In this document: positions 34,559 to 44,342 of the stretch, in pieces | Layout: every line of letters starts with the position of its first letter | Numbering within the stretch: position 1 is the stretch's first letter | IMG/VR virus record: IMGVR_UViG_3300023199_000204 | Coordinates: 186,001 to 250,000 of that record | DNA: 64,000 nt | Reading direction: 5' to 3' (one strand) | Translations under genes and position numbers: made by a program | The notes under the pieces: model-generated | Told to the model about the DNA's origin: nothing | The model's database searches: none | The model's input: only the letters and a program-made list of their open reading frames with translations

Positions 34559-35476
34559 ATGGAAGATTTTAAAGTATCTGCGGGCTCTGTAATAGGAAAA
34601 TATCATTTAAAAACTAATAAAAATAATCAAGATAGCTACCAATACTATTCTGACAATGATAAAATTATAGCTGTTGTTTGTGATGGCTGTGGAAGTGCCC
34701 CCTATAGTGAAGTAGGTGCTAACTTGGGAGCTAAATTACTTCTAAATAGATTAAAAGAAAGAAACTTTTGGTCGTGTTCAGGAAACCAGTTAAAAGTTCT
34801 TAAACAAATTAGAAAAGTAAGAAATGATGTGATAAAAGATATATTATCATTTGTAGATATAATGATATATGATGAAGAGTTAGCATCTATCATTCAAGAT
34901 TATTTTTTATTTACCTCTGTATGTGCTGTTGTGTGTAAAAACTACTCTTATATATTTTCTATAGGGGATGGCTACTATGGTATTAATGGTGAGACAACAT
35001 CTCTTGGTCCATTTGAAAATAACGCCCCACCATATATCTCATACTATTTAATTAGAGATAAACTTATAGAAGACGATCCAAGTTTTTATTCATTTAAGCT
35101 TAATAAAATAATTAAAACTGAGGGAGTTGATTCAATTCTTCTTGGAACAGATGGTGTAGAAGATATTATATCTAATGAAGATAGAAATATTCCTGGAAAG
35201 AAAGATAAAATTGGTGGTATAGAACAATTTTATGACTTCAAATATGTCAAAAATAGTCAGGCAATAACAAGAAGACTTAATATAATTAATAAAAATTCCT
35301 ATAAGGTTGGGGGAGACCCCGCAATTCTCCTTTTAGAAAACGGTCCATTAGGAGATGATACAACCATTCTTGTTATTCATAGATATAACTCTGCTTTTAA
35401 AATAAAAAGGACAAGTGATGAAAGTTTATCTGAAGGGTCGGGGAATAAATCTGAAACCGACTCAATCAGTAGGTAA
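34559..35476 (+). CDS. PP2C-like Ser/Thr phosphatase (TerY-P type)
   Basis: GSVIGKYH...NQDS, VCDGCGSA...GA, IGDG, LGTDGV and GDDTT. Confidence 0.85.
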   Translation: MEDFKVSAGSVIGKYHLKTNKNNQDSYQYYSDNDKIIAVVCDGCGSAPYSEVGANLGAKLLLNRLKERNFWSCSGNQLKVLKQIRKVRNDVIKDILSFVDIMIYDEELASIIQDYFLFTSVCAVVCKNYSYIFSIGDGYYGINGETTSLGPFENNAPPYISYYLIRDKLIEDDPSFYSFKLNKIIKTEGVDSILLGTDGVEDIISNEDRNIPGKKDKIGGIEQFYDFKYVKNSQAITRRLNIINKNSYKVGGDPAILLLENGPLGDDTTILVIHRYNSAFKIKRTSDESLSEGSGNKSETDSISR

Positions 35477-36062
35477 GGGAGGCGAGGTAGAGGTTTTTGA
35501 TATAGGAAAAGGTTTAGTTGCGAAGGTTTTTAAAAATAAAAATCACAAAGATTTTTTAGGTTTGCCATAAGAACAAGCCGCCGCCGAAGCAAGAATTGAT
35601 GAACATCAGAAGAAACTTCCTGACTTTCCCAAACCTTTGCCTCAAAATATCATATCCCCAGTAGATTTTTTGACAACAAGGTCGGGAAAAATCTGTGGAT
35701 ATACTATGAAGTTCATAAAAAATACAGAAGTTATATTAAGATACGCAGACAAAGGGTTTAGAAATTCAGGAGTATCTGATCAAGTAGTGGTTGATGCTTT
35801 TAAAAACATACATTCTACTTTAAAAAACCTTCACGATAAAGATGTAATAGTTGGTGATTTTAATGATCTTAATATTTTAGTAGACGGGTCTCAAGCATAT
35901 TTTATTGACACTGATAGTTATCAGTATAAGAATTATCTTTGTAGAGTATTTACTGAGAAATTTGTAGATCCATTACTATGTGATCCTACGCAAAGCAGAC
36001 CAGTTTTGATCAAATATCATAATAAAGATGGCGATTGGTATTCATTTAACTGTTCTTGCTAA
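35418..36062 (+). pseudogene. Ser/Thr protein kinase with internal TAA (35568) and C-terminal truncation
   Basis: GKGGE loop, VAKVF, IVGDFNDLNILV, FIDTDSY and DWYSF, after which the frame dies within 4 codons. Confidence 0.78.
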
Positions 36063-36447
36063 AACAAAAGAGTTTGCGGACAATGGAGTTCCTGTAAGAA
36101 CTGTTACTCTTATTTTAACTGATGGAGCGGACTGTGCTTCAATTAAATCTCGCGAGAAAGACGTAGCGTCAGTAGTCAAAGATATGCTTCGAACGGAGAA
36201 TCATATTGTTGCTGCTATGGGTCTTGACGGAGGTGGGGTTAATTTTGAGAATGTCTTTTCAGATATGGGAATCCCAAAGGAATGGGTATTAACTCCAAAA
36301 AATAATGAAAGTGATATTCGTAGAGCCTTTGCTGTGTTTTCACAATCTGCCGTTCAGGCAAGCCAGAGTGCTTTGACTTTCTCAAAGACGGCTATTGGTG
36401 GTTTTTGGCTCATAGATGGTTATCATTCTAAAGTACTAAATGGTTAA
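36046..36447 (+). pseudogene. C-terminal fragment of a vWA (TerY-like) protein
   Basis: VTLILTDGAD and IVAAMG strands are present. The N-terminal DxSxS MIDAS strand and a plausible start are absent. Confidence 0.6.
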
Positions 36448-36517
36448 TGTTTTTAGGTTCCATCTAGATGCCCAATTATAATTTAGGTGGAACTTATAAA
36501 AGATTAAATGTGTAATT

Positions 36518-37693
36518 ATGGAATTTGAAATAAACGACAGACTATTATTTCTGACGATTCACGGAAGTCACGCTTATGGAATGGCTAGACCTGAAAGTGA
36601 TATTGATATTAAAGGCTTAGGTGTTGCCCCTAGAAATTATTATTATTCTTTCTTTAAAAATTTTGAACAATATGAAGGAGAACTTTCTTTAAGGGATGAG
36701 TGTAAGCAACGACTTGAAGCGACAATTGGTCGTAGTATTAAATCAAATGAAAAGTTAGACTCGGTTATATACAATATTACTAAGTTTTTTAAATTAGCAT
36801 CTCAATGTAATCCAAACATTATTGAGGTATTGTTTGTTGATGATGAATCAATTCTATATTCTCATAAGATTATGGAAATGATTATAAATAATAGAGATTT
36901 ATTTCTATCTATGAAGGCGAACTTTAGGTTTCGTGGGTATGCTTTTTCTCAACTTAAAAGGATAAAACGTCATAGGCGTTGGTTATTAAATCCTATAGAA
37001 AGCAACCCAACTAGAGAAGATTATGGATTGCCACAAAGAACTGTTATGCCTGCGGACCAACTACAAGCAGCAGAATCTCTCATTCAAAAGAAAGTAGATG
37101 AATGGATTTTTGAACAGGAAGATATGACTCCAGAGCTTCTTAGTCTTGTAAGAAAAAGAACTATTAAATCTTTTAAAGAAGCTTTTACAGGTCTTGGTAT
37201 AAATAATATTACTGATGAATATGAAGATCTCAATAAGGCAAAACTTTCAAGAGGTGCGGGGAAGCTCCTAGGATATAGTGATAATTTTCTCGATCTTTTA
37301 GATAGCGAGCGAAGATATAAAGCACCAAAAACTGAATATAAACAATATAAAAGCTGGCAAAAGAATAGAAATCCTGTTAGAGCAGAGATGGAAGCTGAGT
37401 CAGGATTTGATCGAAAGCACGCTAGCCACCTTGTAAGGCTTATGAAAATGGCTAAAGAGATTTTATCAGAGGGAAAGGTAATAGTTAAAAGACCAGATGC
37501 TGAGGAGCTTCTTGGAATTAGAAATGGTTCAATGTCTTATGAAGAAGTTGTTAAGTGGGCAGAATTTCAAGACGGAGCAATTCAGGAAATATATGATAGT
37601 GGCTCTTCTCCTCTACCAAAAAAGCCAGATCTAAATAAGATAGATAAATTACACAAAGAAGTATTAGAAGCTGTATTTAAAGAATTTGACTAA
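36518..37693 (+). CDS. Predicted nucleotidyltransferase (RlaP/PF10127-like)
   Basis: IHGSHAYGMARPESDIDIKG, NPNIIE and KHASHLVRL. Confidence 0.8.
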   Translation: MEFEINDRLLFLTIHGSHAYGMARPESDIDIKGLGVAPRNYYYSFFKNFEQYEGELSLRDECKQRLEATIGRSIKSNEKLDSVIYNITKFFKLASQCNPNIIEVLFVDDESILYSHKIMEMIINNRDLFLSMKANFRFRGYAFSQLKRIKRHRRWLLNPIESNPTREDYGLPQRTVMPADQLQAAESLIQKKVDEWIFEQEDMTPELLSLVRKRTIKSFKEAFTGLGINNITDEYEDLNKAKLSRGAGKLLGYSDNFLDLLDSERRYKAPKTEYKQYKSWQKNRNPVRAEMEAESGFDRKHASHLVRLMKMAKEILSEGKVIVKRPDAEELLGIRNGSMSYEEVVKWAEFQDGAIQEIYDSGSSPLPKKPDLNKIDKLHKEVLEAVFKEFD

Positions 37694-37980
37694 ATGTTTG
37701 AAATAACAAAGAAAGCTGTTAAAAAAGCTTTTCAAATAGGACAAATTTTATTTTCAATGGGTCCTGGAGATTTTAATAATCTAGTAGAACTAACTAGTAA
37801 TATAAAATTTCCTAGTGAAAGGCAAATTAAAATGGCTATGAAATCAGGTGCTGATAGGCAAGTTGCGATAGCAGGACTGATAGAAGATCAATACATTAAT
37901 ATCGCGACTAGAAATGGATATTCTAGCGAACAAGGAAAAGCTATGTTTGAATATGTTGCTATGCTTGAGGATATGAAGTA

Positions 37981-38286
37981 ATGGCAATTATTACTTCAGC
38001 TATTTTAATTATATTAAATATCTTTGATGTAGTATGTACTTTATATATGAGGTTATCTAAAGGTTTAGAAGAAATGAATCCCATTGTAGATTTTTTTCTC
38101 CAGAATTTTGGATGGGCTGGGCTAGTTTTATTGAAAGTTTTAGCAGTAGCTCCATTTGTATATTTAATGATTAAGTACTGGAAAACATTTAGAATAATTA
38201 GAGTTAGCTCATACTTCGTGACTCTAGTATATTTTTTACTTGCTATTTACCACATTATAGGTATGTATATGATTAGTAATATCTGA
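37981..38286 (+). CDS. DUF5658-like membrane protein
   Basis: LNIFDVVCT...GLEEMNP followed by TM helices. Confidence 0.55.
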   Translation: MAIITSAILIILNIFDVVCTLYMRLSKGLEEMNPIVDFFLQNFGWAGLVLLKVLAVAPFVYLMIKYWKTFRIIRVSSYFVTLVYFLLAIYHIIGMYMISNI

Positions 38287-38310
38287 AAAACAAGGAATCT
38301 TTATTTATAA

Positions 38311-39627
38311 ATGAAAAAGAATGACTTTAATTTTTCAGCCTATGTTGAAGAAAAAGAAGCATATTCTGAAAAACAAAAAAAATATCTTAGAAGAAAAAAA
38401 GCAGTAGGTGTTATCAAAAAAATAACATCTGTTGCCAGAGAGGCATTAGACATATATAGTTCTATTAAAAGAAAAGATTATATTTCTATAGGATTGGGAA
38501 CACTTTCTGCTACTGGCTCTATATTAGAGCACTTTTCTACGAATCAAGTTAGTGATGATGTTTATTTGGTTACCAAGGAAATGGGATTAGAAAAGGGTCC
38601 TCAAAATTCTAAAATGCTAATATATTCTTTCCTAAAGGATATGAATGTTCCATACAAAGTTATATGGAAAGAAATCACTAAAGATGATGGGGGCGAACCT
38701 TGTAGCATAGAAGAGTGGGATTTAGGAGATAGTTCTGTATATTTTCTAAAATTTACATCATATCTTGATGGGCCTTTCTTAAAGGATAGAAAGCAATTTA
38801 ATGTAGATATGGGAAAGGTTATTAGAGCTAATCTAGGAAGACATATTTGTATTGAGTCTGGAATTAATATAGCTGACTATGCGAATAAGGTTTCATTTTC
38901 AAAGATTTCACTGTCTTTTTTAGGTGATCCATATGTAAGTCATTTAGATCAAAAGCAATTAATAGACGATATTAAACTTTTTTTCGATAAGTCATACAAT
39001 AGGTCATTATTATTCTATGGTCCTCCTGGTTCTGGGAAGACCACATTAGCTTTAAGAATATCTAATACCTTAAATGAAAGTATTTTATCTATTAAAGGAG
39101 GGATCCTTATTTCCAGGAGTGCTGGTGAATTAATTGAAATAATAGATATGATAGATCCAACAATAATATTATTTGATGACATGGATAAAATTCCAAGGCT
39201 TGAGCAAATACTGGGAACTATTGAGGAATTTAATAATTATCGTGGCGATAGAAGCAGGTTATTTATTGCTACTATAAATGATTTAAGTAAAGTTCCTATG
39301 GCTATGAGAAGACCTGGTAGATTTGATCAGATAATTTCTTTTGGTTGCCCTGAAATAGAAACTAGATTAAAAATGGTTGAAGAGTATGCTAAATCTAAAA
39401 ATCTTATTCTTTCGGCAGAACAAATTTTAGAAACGGCTACATTGCTTGAAGGAATGACGGGAGCCTTTATTAAAGATATTATTACAAGGATCTCTGTATT
39501 AGGATATGAGAAGGTCGTACCTAATCATATTAATGAAATAAAAAATATTGTGTTTGAAGAAGAAGATTTATACGAAGAAGAGGAAGACCTTATTGTTACT
39601 GATAGTCCTAAATCTTCTTTATATTAA
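38311..39627 (+). CDS. AAA+ ATPase
   Basis: Walker A GPPGSGKT, Walker B ILFDDMD, SRH ATIN...RRPGRFD. Confidence 0.85.
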   Translation: MKKNDFNFSAYVEEKEAYSEKQKKYLRRKKAVGVIKKITSVAREALDIYSSIKRKDYISIGLGTLSATGSILEHFSTNQVSDDVYLVTKEMGLEKGPQNSKMLIYSFLKDMNVPYKVIWKEITKDDGGEPCSIEEWDLGDSSVYFLKFTSYLDGPFLKDRKQFNVDMGKVIRANLGRHICIESGINIADYANKVSFSKISLSFLGDPYVSHLDQKQLIDDIKLFFDKSYNRSLLFYGPPGSGKTTLALRISNTLNESILSIKGGILISRSAGELIEIIDMIDPTIILFDDMDKIPRLEQILGTIEEFNNYRGDRSRLFIATINDLSKVPMAMRRPGRFDQIISFGCPEIETRLKMVEEYAKSKNLILSAEQILETATLLEGMTGAFIKDIITRISVLGYEKVVPNHINEIKNIVFEEEDLYEEEEDLIVTDSPKSSLY

Positions 39628-39635
39628 TAAGAGAG

Positions 39636-41954
39636 GTGCTGATGGAAAAAATACAACTTCCGGTTCTTCCAATTAGAAGTCCCGATTTTCTTTTATTCCC
39701 TTGTTCTTTTGGGGATATTTATGTAGGAAGAGAATTTTCAATAGAAGCTCTAGCGTCTGCTAGAGCTAATAAAATTAATTTACTACTTGCTTTTCAAAAA
39801 GACCCTATAATTGACGAGCCAGAAATTGATGATTTACATAACATATGTGTTGAAGCAGAAATAAAAGACATTGTTAAAAACTCAACTGGTCCCGCCAGAG
39901 TTGTTTTAAGTGGTATAAAAAGAGCAGTACTTAAAGATTATTATCTTAGTGAAGGTAATTTTTATGTAGCCGATATAAAATATGTAAAGGAACCAAACTT
40001 TGAGCTAACTGATGATGATAAAGAAAAAATAAAAGTGCTTAGAGAAATTATAAGTACTTATTTTAAATCAGTAGTCATTAAAGTTAATGAAGTAAACTCT
40101 TCTGAAGATTTATCAAACTATGTAGATAATATATGTGGTCAATTATATAAGATATTTAGAACTAATAAAATACTTTTAAAACTTTTAAAAACTAAGCATC
40201 CTAGAAAAAGATTAGAAGGTTTGTTCGACATAATATCAAAAGAATCAAAATATAAAGAAGTTTCTTTTGATATGGAAAATGATTCTGAAATGGACGATGA
40301 CCATCCAGCAATAACAGATATTAAAAAGTTACATGACCAAGCGGCAGCAACCGAATTTCCTGAAGAAGTAGCAAAAGTTGTTGGGAGAGAACTTAAAAGA
40401 ATAAGAATGCTTCCACCAGGGAATGCTGAATTCCAAGTTACATATTCTTACTTAGATACTTTAATTGCTCTTCCTTGGAACAAATATACTGAAGATAAAC
40501 TAGATATAGAAGTTGCTAAAGATATATTAAATAGAGATCATTATGGAATGATAAAAGCCAAGGAAAGAATTTTAGAATTTTTGGCAGTTAAAAAATTAGT
40601 TTCTGAAAAGAAAGGTTCTATTCTCTGTTTCTGTGGTCCTCCCGGCGTAGGTAAAACTAGTATTGCCAGAAGTATAGCAGAAGCCGTTGGTAGAAAGTTT
40701 ATTAGGATGTCACTTGGTGGAATTAGTGACGAGGCAGAAATAAGAGGTCATAGAAAAACTTATATAGGGTCTATGGTTGGTAAGATAATGCAGCAGATTA
40801 AGAGAGTAGGAGTTAAGAACCCTGTATTTTTATTGGATGAGATTGATAAGATAAGCAAGAATTTTAAAGGAGACCCTGCGGCAGCATTATTAGAAGTATT
40901 AGATCCGGAACAGAATTCTACATTCGTAGATAATTATTTAGGCGTGCCTTTTGATTTATCACGAGTGATGTTCCTAGCAACTGCTAATGACATAAGTATG
41001 TTAGTCCCTGCTTTAAGAGATAGGTTGGAGATAATTGAAATATCTGGTTATTCAATTTTTGATAAAATAAAAATCGCTCAAAACTATTTACTTCCAAAAC
41101 AGCAAAAAGAAAATGGGCTTAAAGATTATGACATAACTGTTTCAGCAAAAGCGATAGAAAAAGTAATAGAAGAGTATACAAGAGAATCTGGGGTTCGTTC
41201 TTTAGAGAGAACTTGTGGAGCAATTATGAGAAAAATTGCTGTGATGGTTGCTTCAGGTAAAGATCCATATTCAATGATTAAAGCGGATATGATTCCTAAT
41301 CTACTAGGACCTCCAAAGGAATATTCAGAAAAGGCTGCCGAAAGACCAGAGATTGGGTTGTCAACTGGGCTAGCTTGGTCTGAAACAGGTGGTTCCATTT
41401 TATTTGTAGAGTGTTCTCTTAGTAATGGGAAAGGAAAAGTAATCTTAACAGGAAATTTAGGAAAAGTTATACAAGAATCAGCACAAGCTGCTTATACTTA
41501 TATAAAATCAAATTCAGAATCTCTTGGGATTGACACATCTTTAGTTGAAAACAGAGATGTTCATATTCACTTTCCAGCGGGAGCGATTCCAAAAGACGGT
41601 CCTAGTGCGGGAGTTGCTTTAGTTTCAGCAATGCTTTCTTGTTTCTTATTAAAGCCTGTTAGAAATGATATAGCAATGACTGGAGAGATAAGTTTAAGAG
41701 GAAGAGTTATGCCAATAGGTGGTTTAAGAGAGAAGGTTTTGGCAGCAGACCGAGCAGGAATAAGCACTGTATTATATCCCAAATTAAATAAATATGATTT
41801 GGAGGAAATTCCTGAAGATGTAAGGAAAAAGATGAAATTAATACAGATTTATCATATATCAGAAGCTATTGATTTGCTGTTAGTAGATGGGCAGGGGAAT
41901 GATAATAATGAATTGTCTTTACCAAGTACCCCAGTTGTTAATAGAAGTATCTAA
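39636..41954 (+). CDS. lon: ATP-dependent Lon protease
   Basis: Lon N-domain, GPPGVGKT, LLDEIDK, catalytic PKDGPSAG and IGGLREK. Confidence 0.95.
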   Translation: MLMEKIQLPVLPIRSPDFLLFPCSFGDIYVGREFSIEALASARANKINLLLAFQKDPIIDEPEIDDLHNICVEAEIKDIVKNSTGPARVVLSGIKRAVLKDYYLSEGNFYVADIKYVKEPNFELTDDDKEKIKVLREIISTYFKSVVIKVNEVNSSEDLSNYVDNICGQLYKIFRTNKILLKLLKTKHPRKRLEGLFDIISKESKYKEVSFDMENDSEMDDDHPAITDIKKLHDQAAATEFPEEVAKVVGRELKRIRMLPPGNAEFQVTYSYLDTLIALPWNKYTEDKLDIEVAKDILNRDHYGMIKAKERILEFLAVKKLVSEKKGSILCFCGPPGVGKTSIARSIAEAVGRKFIRMSLGGISDEAEIRGHRKTYIGSMVGKIMQQIKRVGVKNPVFLLDEIDKISKNFKGDPAAALLEVLDPEQNSTFVDNYLGVPFDLSRVMFLATANDISMLVPALRDRLEIIEISGYSIFDKIKIAQNYLLPKQQKENGLKDYDITVSAKAIEKVIEEYTRESGVRSLERTCGAIMRKIAVMVASGKDPYSMIKADMIPNLLGPPKEYSEKAAERPEIGLSTGLAWSETGGSILFVECSLSNGKGKVILTGNLGKVIQESAQAAYTYIKSNSESLGIDTSLVENRDVHIHFPAGAIPKDGPSAGVALVSAMLSCFLLKPVRNDIAMTGEISLRGRVMPIGGLREKVLAADRAGISTVLYPKLNKYDLEEIPEDVRKKMKLIQIYHISEAIDLLLVDGQGNDNNELSLPSTPVVNRSI

Positions 41955-41999
41955 CGCACGCGTGCGTGAGTTTTGATTTTTTTTGTCTCGACGATTTTA
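41954..41999. repeat. Dispersed 42-nt motif, copy 3, with perfect 14-bp palindrome ACGCACGCGTGCGT
   Basis: Begins at the last base of the lon stop codon: acgcacgcgtgcgtgagttttgattttttttgtctcgacgatttta. Confidence 0.9.
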
Positions 42000-42457
42000 T
42001 TCATCGAGGCGAGGTTTAACTAATATAATTAATATGAAAAAGAAAAAGAAAAAAGGGTAAATATATGAGGCACGTTAAAAAGTGTGACGAATGTAGTAGT
42101 GAAATGAAACCTCGTGGAGCATCAGATGCTTCTGGGAGTCTGTCTTTCAAATGTAAAAATACTCAGTGTGGAAGAACCTCTTGGGTTAGAAGAGTGCTGT
42201 TGAAACCACCAGTGCCTTTAACTGTAAGAAAAACTAAAGTTTTTAAATGGAAATAAGCATTGATGAATATTTAAAACCATTGTGTAATTTCTACTTAACA
42301 TTAGCAATAGTGCTATTATTAACAACTATAATAACATATTTTACATTACCTGTAGAAATTTCACAAATATCTTGTTTAGGATTATTGTGGTCAATGTTTG
42401 GTTATATATTTAATAAAAAATTATTAACCTCGCGTGGAAATAATAACGAGAAATAAA

Positions 42458-43822
42458 ATGGATGTAATTAAAGGAACAGTCTCTATTCCTAGTGGCTATT
42501 TTAACAGAATAGTTAAACAGGAATACTCAAGGTGGGGGAGGGCTTTAATTCGGGAGTTCCTTCAGAACTCAATTGACGCAGGGGCTTCGGAAGTAAAATT
42601 TAGATTTAAAGAAGATAATCTTACACTTACGATTACTGATGATGGTTGTGGAATGAATAAGGACACAATCATTAACAAGTTATTAGTATTGGGTGGAACA
42701 AAAAAGAGAATAGGCTCGGTTGGTGGGTTTGGAAAGGCAAAAGAAATATTGTTTTTCTCTTGGAGAAACTATTCAATAAAAACACAAAACTATTTAGTAG
42801 AAGGTTCAGAAGCCGATTTTTCTATAAGAGAAATAGATACATATCACTTTGGGACAAAGTGTATTATTCAATTTAATACTATGAGTGAATATAAATATGC
42901 TATGTCTTCTGCTACAAACTACCTTCCAGAAAATGAAGTAGAGGCTGACATATATTTAAATACTATCAAAGTTAAATGCTCACATTCTAACAAAGAAAAA
43001 TTAAAAGATTTAGGCTGGGGCATCTTATACAAGTCTAACAGAAGTAAGTTTGATATTCTGATTAGAAAAAATGGAATAAACATGTATAATTTACACTCCT
43101 CTTCAATTAAAGGATTAATTATTGAACTAACTGAAGAATCAATTGATGTGCTTAAAGCCAATAGAGATAGTTTAGTATTTGAAAAAGAACAGGAGTTAAT
43201 TAAAGTCATTAGGAATTTGGATACAAATAAAGCAATAGTGCTTTATAATTTAGAAGAAGATGTCCAAGAAGTGATAGAAGGAAAAAAAGGAGTATTTTAT
43301 AATCCACTTTGTAATAAAGTATCACTAGAAATAAATAATAGTATTGTAAAGCCACTTGTTAAATCAAAGTTTATCTTAGATGTAAATAATGATTTTATTA
43401 TTAGGAAAACTAAAAGTTTTTCATATGAAAAGATTAACGTATTTTTAACACAAAATAAAAAAGTTGCTGAAGCAGTGGCAAATGAGTGGGCTAAATTAAT
43501 ATCTAATATTATTGTTGCTAATAATATCAAGGTTCCATTTATAAGACCTGGGTTTTATTTCAGTGAAAATATAAATGGATTGTGTGAGGGTGAGATTACA
43601 TGCCCTTCAATTCTAATTAACCCCTTGAGCAATGATTTACAAGAAGAAATTAAAAAAGGAGGTGTGTTTTTATTAAAAGCATATATAGAAGATATTGCTT
43701 ATCACGAGTTATCTCACATAAGCAACAGATCTCATAATGAGAGTTTTGTATTCTCTTTGGAAGGGCTTAGGAGAAATCATAGGCAATGGAAGAAGAGAAA
43801 TTTTGTTAGTGTAGTTCTTTAA
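42458..43822 (+). CDS. GHKL (Hsp90/MORC-like) ATPase fused to a C-terminal HExxH zincin-like domain
   Basis: REFLQNSIDAGA, DDGCGM and GGFGKAK at the N-terminus. YHELSHISNRSHNESF at the C-terminus. Confidence 0.8.
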   Translation: MDVIKGTVSIPSGYFNRIVKQEYSRWGRALIREFLQNSIDAGASEVKFRFKEDNLTLTITDDGCGMNKDTIINKLLVLGGTKKRIGSVGGFGKAKEILFFSWRNYSIKTQNYLVEGSEADFSIREIDTYHFGTKCIIQFNTMSEYKYAMSSATNYLPENEVEADIYLNTIKVKCSHSNKEKLKDLGWGILYKSNRSKFDILIRKNGINMYNLHSSSIKGLIIELTEESIDVLKANRDSLVFEKEQELIKVIRNLDTNKAIVLYNLEEDVQEVIEGKKGVFYNPLCNKVSLEINNSIVKPLVKSKFILDVNNDFIIRKTKSFSYEKINVFLTQNKKVAEAVANEWAKLISNIIVANNIKVPFIRPGFYFSENINGLCEGEITCPSILINPLSNDLQEEIKKGGVFLLKAYIEDIAYHELSHISNRSHNESFVFSLEGLRRNHRQWKKRNFVSVVL

Positions 43823-43845
43823 TTAATAACGAAGGAGAAAAAGAC

Positions 43846-44037
43846 ATGTCTAATGAAGGAACACCGAAAATCTATCGCTATGGTAATGAGGAAATCGTGA
43901 ATAACGAAGGTCTCTCTCATGACCAAATTCGCCAGGCTTGGGCGACCGTTCACGCGGGTATCGCTAATGCCGAGCTAGTTTGTCTTGGAGACAATGTTTA
44001 CGAGTTTCGTACTGCTGGTGGCGATAAAGGTTGCTAA
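43846..44037 (+). CDS. Ubiquitin-like modifier (PRTRC protein C-like)
   Basis: 63 aa with pattern YRY...LSHDQIRQAWATVHAGIANA...YEF..AGGDKG-C, and gene context upstream of E2/JAB/E1. Confidence 0.7.
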   Translation: MSNEGTPKIYRYGNEEIVNNEGLSHDQIRQAWATVHAGIANAELVCLGDNVYEFRTAGGDKGC

Positions 44038-44045
44038 AGGAGCTT

Positions 44046-44088
44046 TGCCCCCGTCCATAAGTTATTTGGACGGGGGCATTGTTTTATT
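44046..44088 (+). terminator. Strong 12-bp GC hairpin immediately after the Ubl gene
   Basis: tgcccccgtcca-taagttatt-tggacgggggca followed by ttgttttatt. Confidence 0.7.
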
Positions 44089-44342
44089 ATGAATGACATA
44101 ATTATTAAAAGTTTATTTAACACTAACGGCAATTCAGAAAAGTCTATATTAAATAATATAAAATTATTAATGTCTTTAAAGGATCCACAAAGCTGTGATT
44201 TGTCAGTTGAAGATCTAGACGCAATTTTAGAATACTCTAACACTTCAAACACTTCAAACTTAAGCAAAAAGAAAGTTTTTATTTTTAAAAGATTGATTAA
44301 TAATCTTAGATTTGTAGAAGTAAAGGATGATAAATTTTTCAT

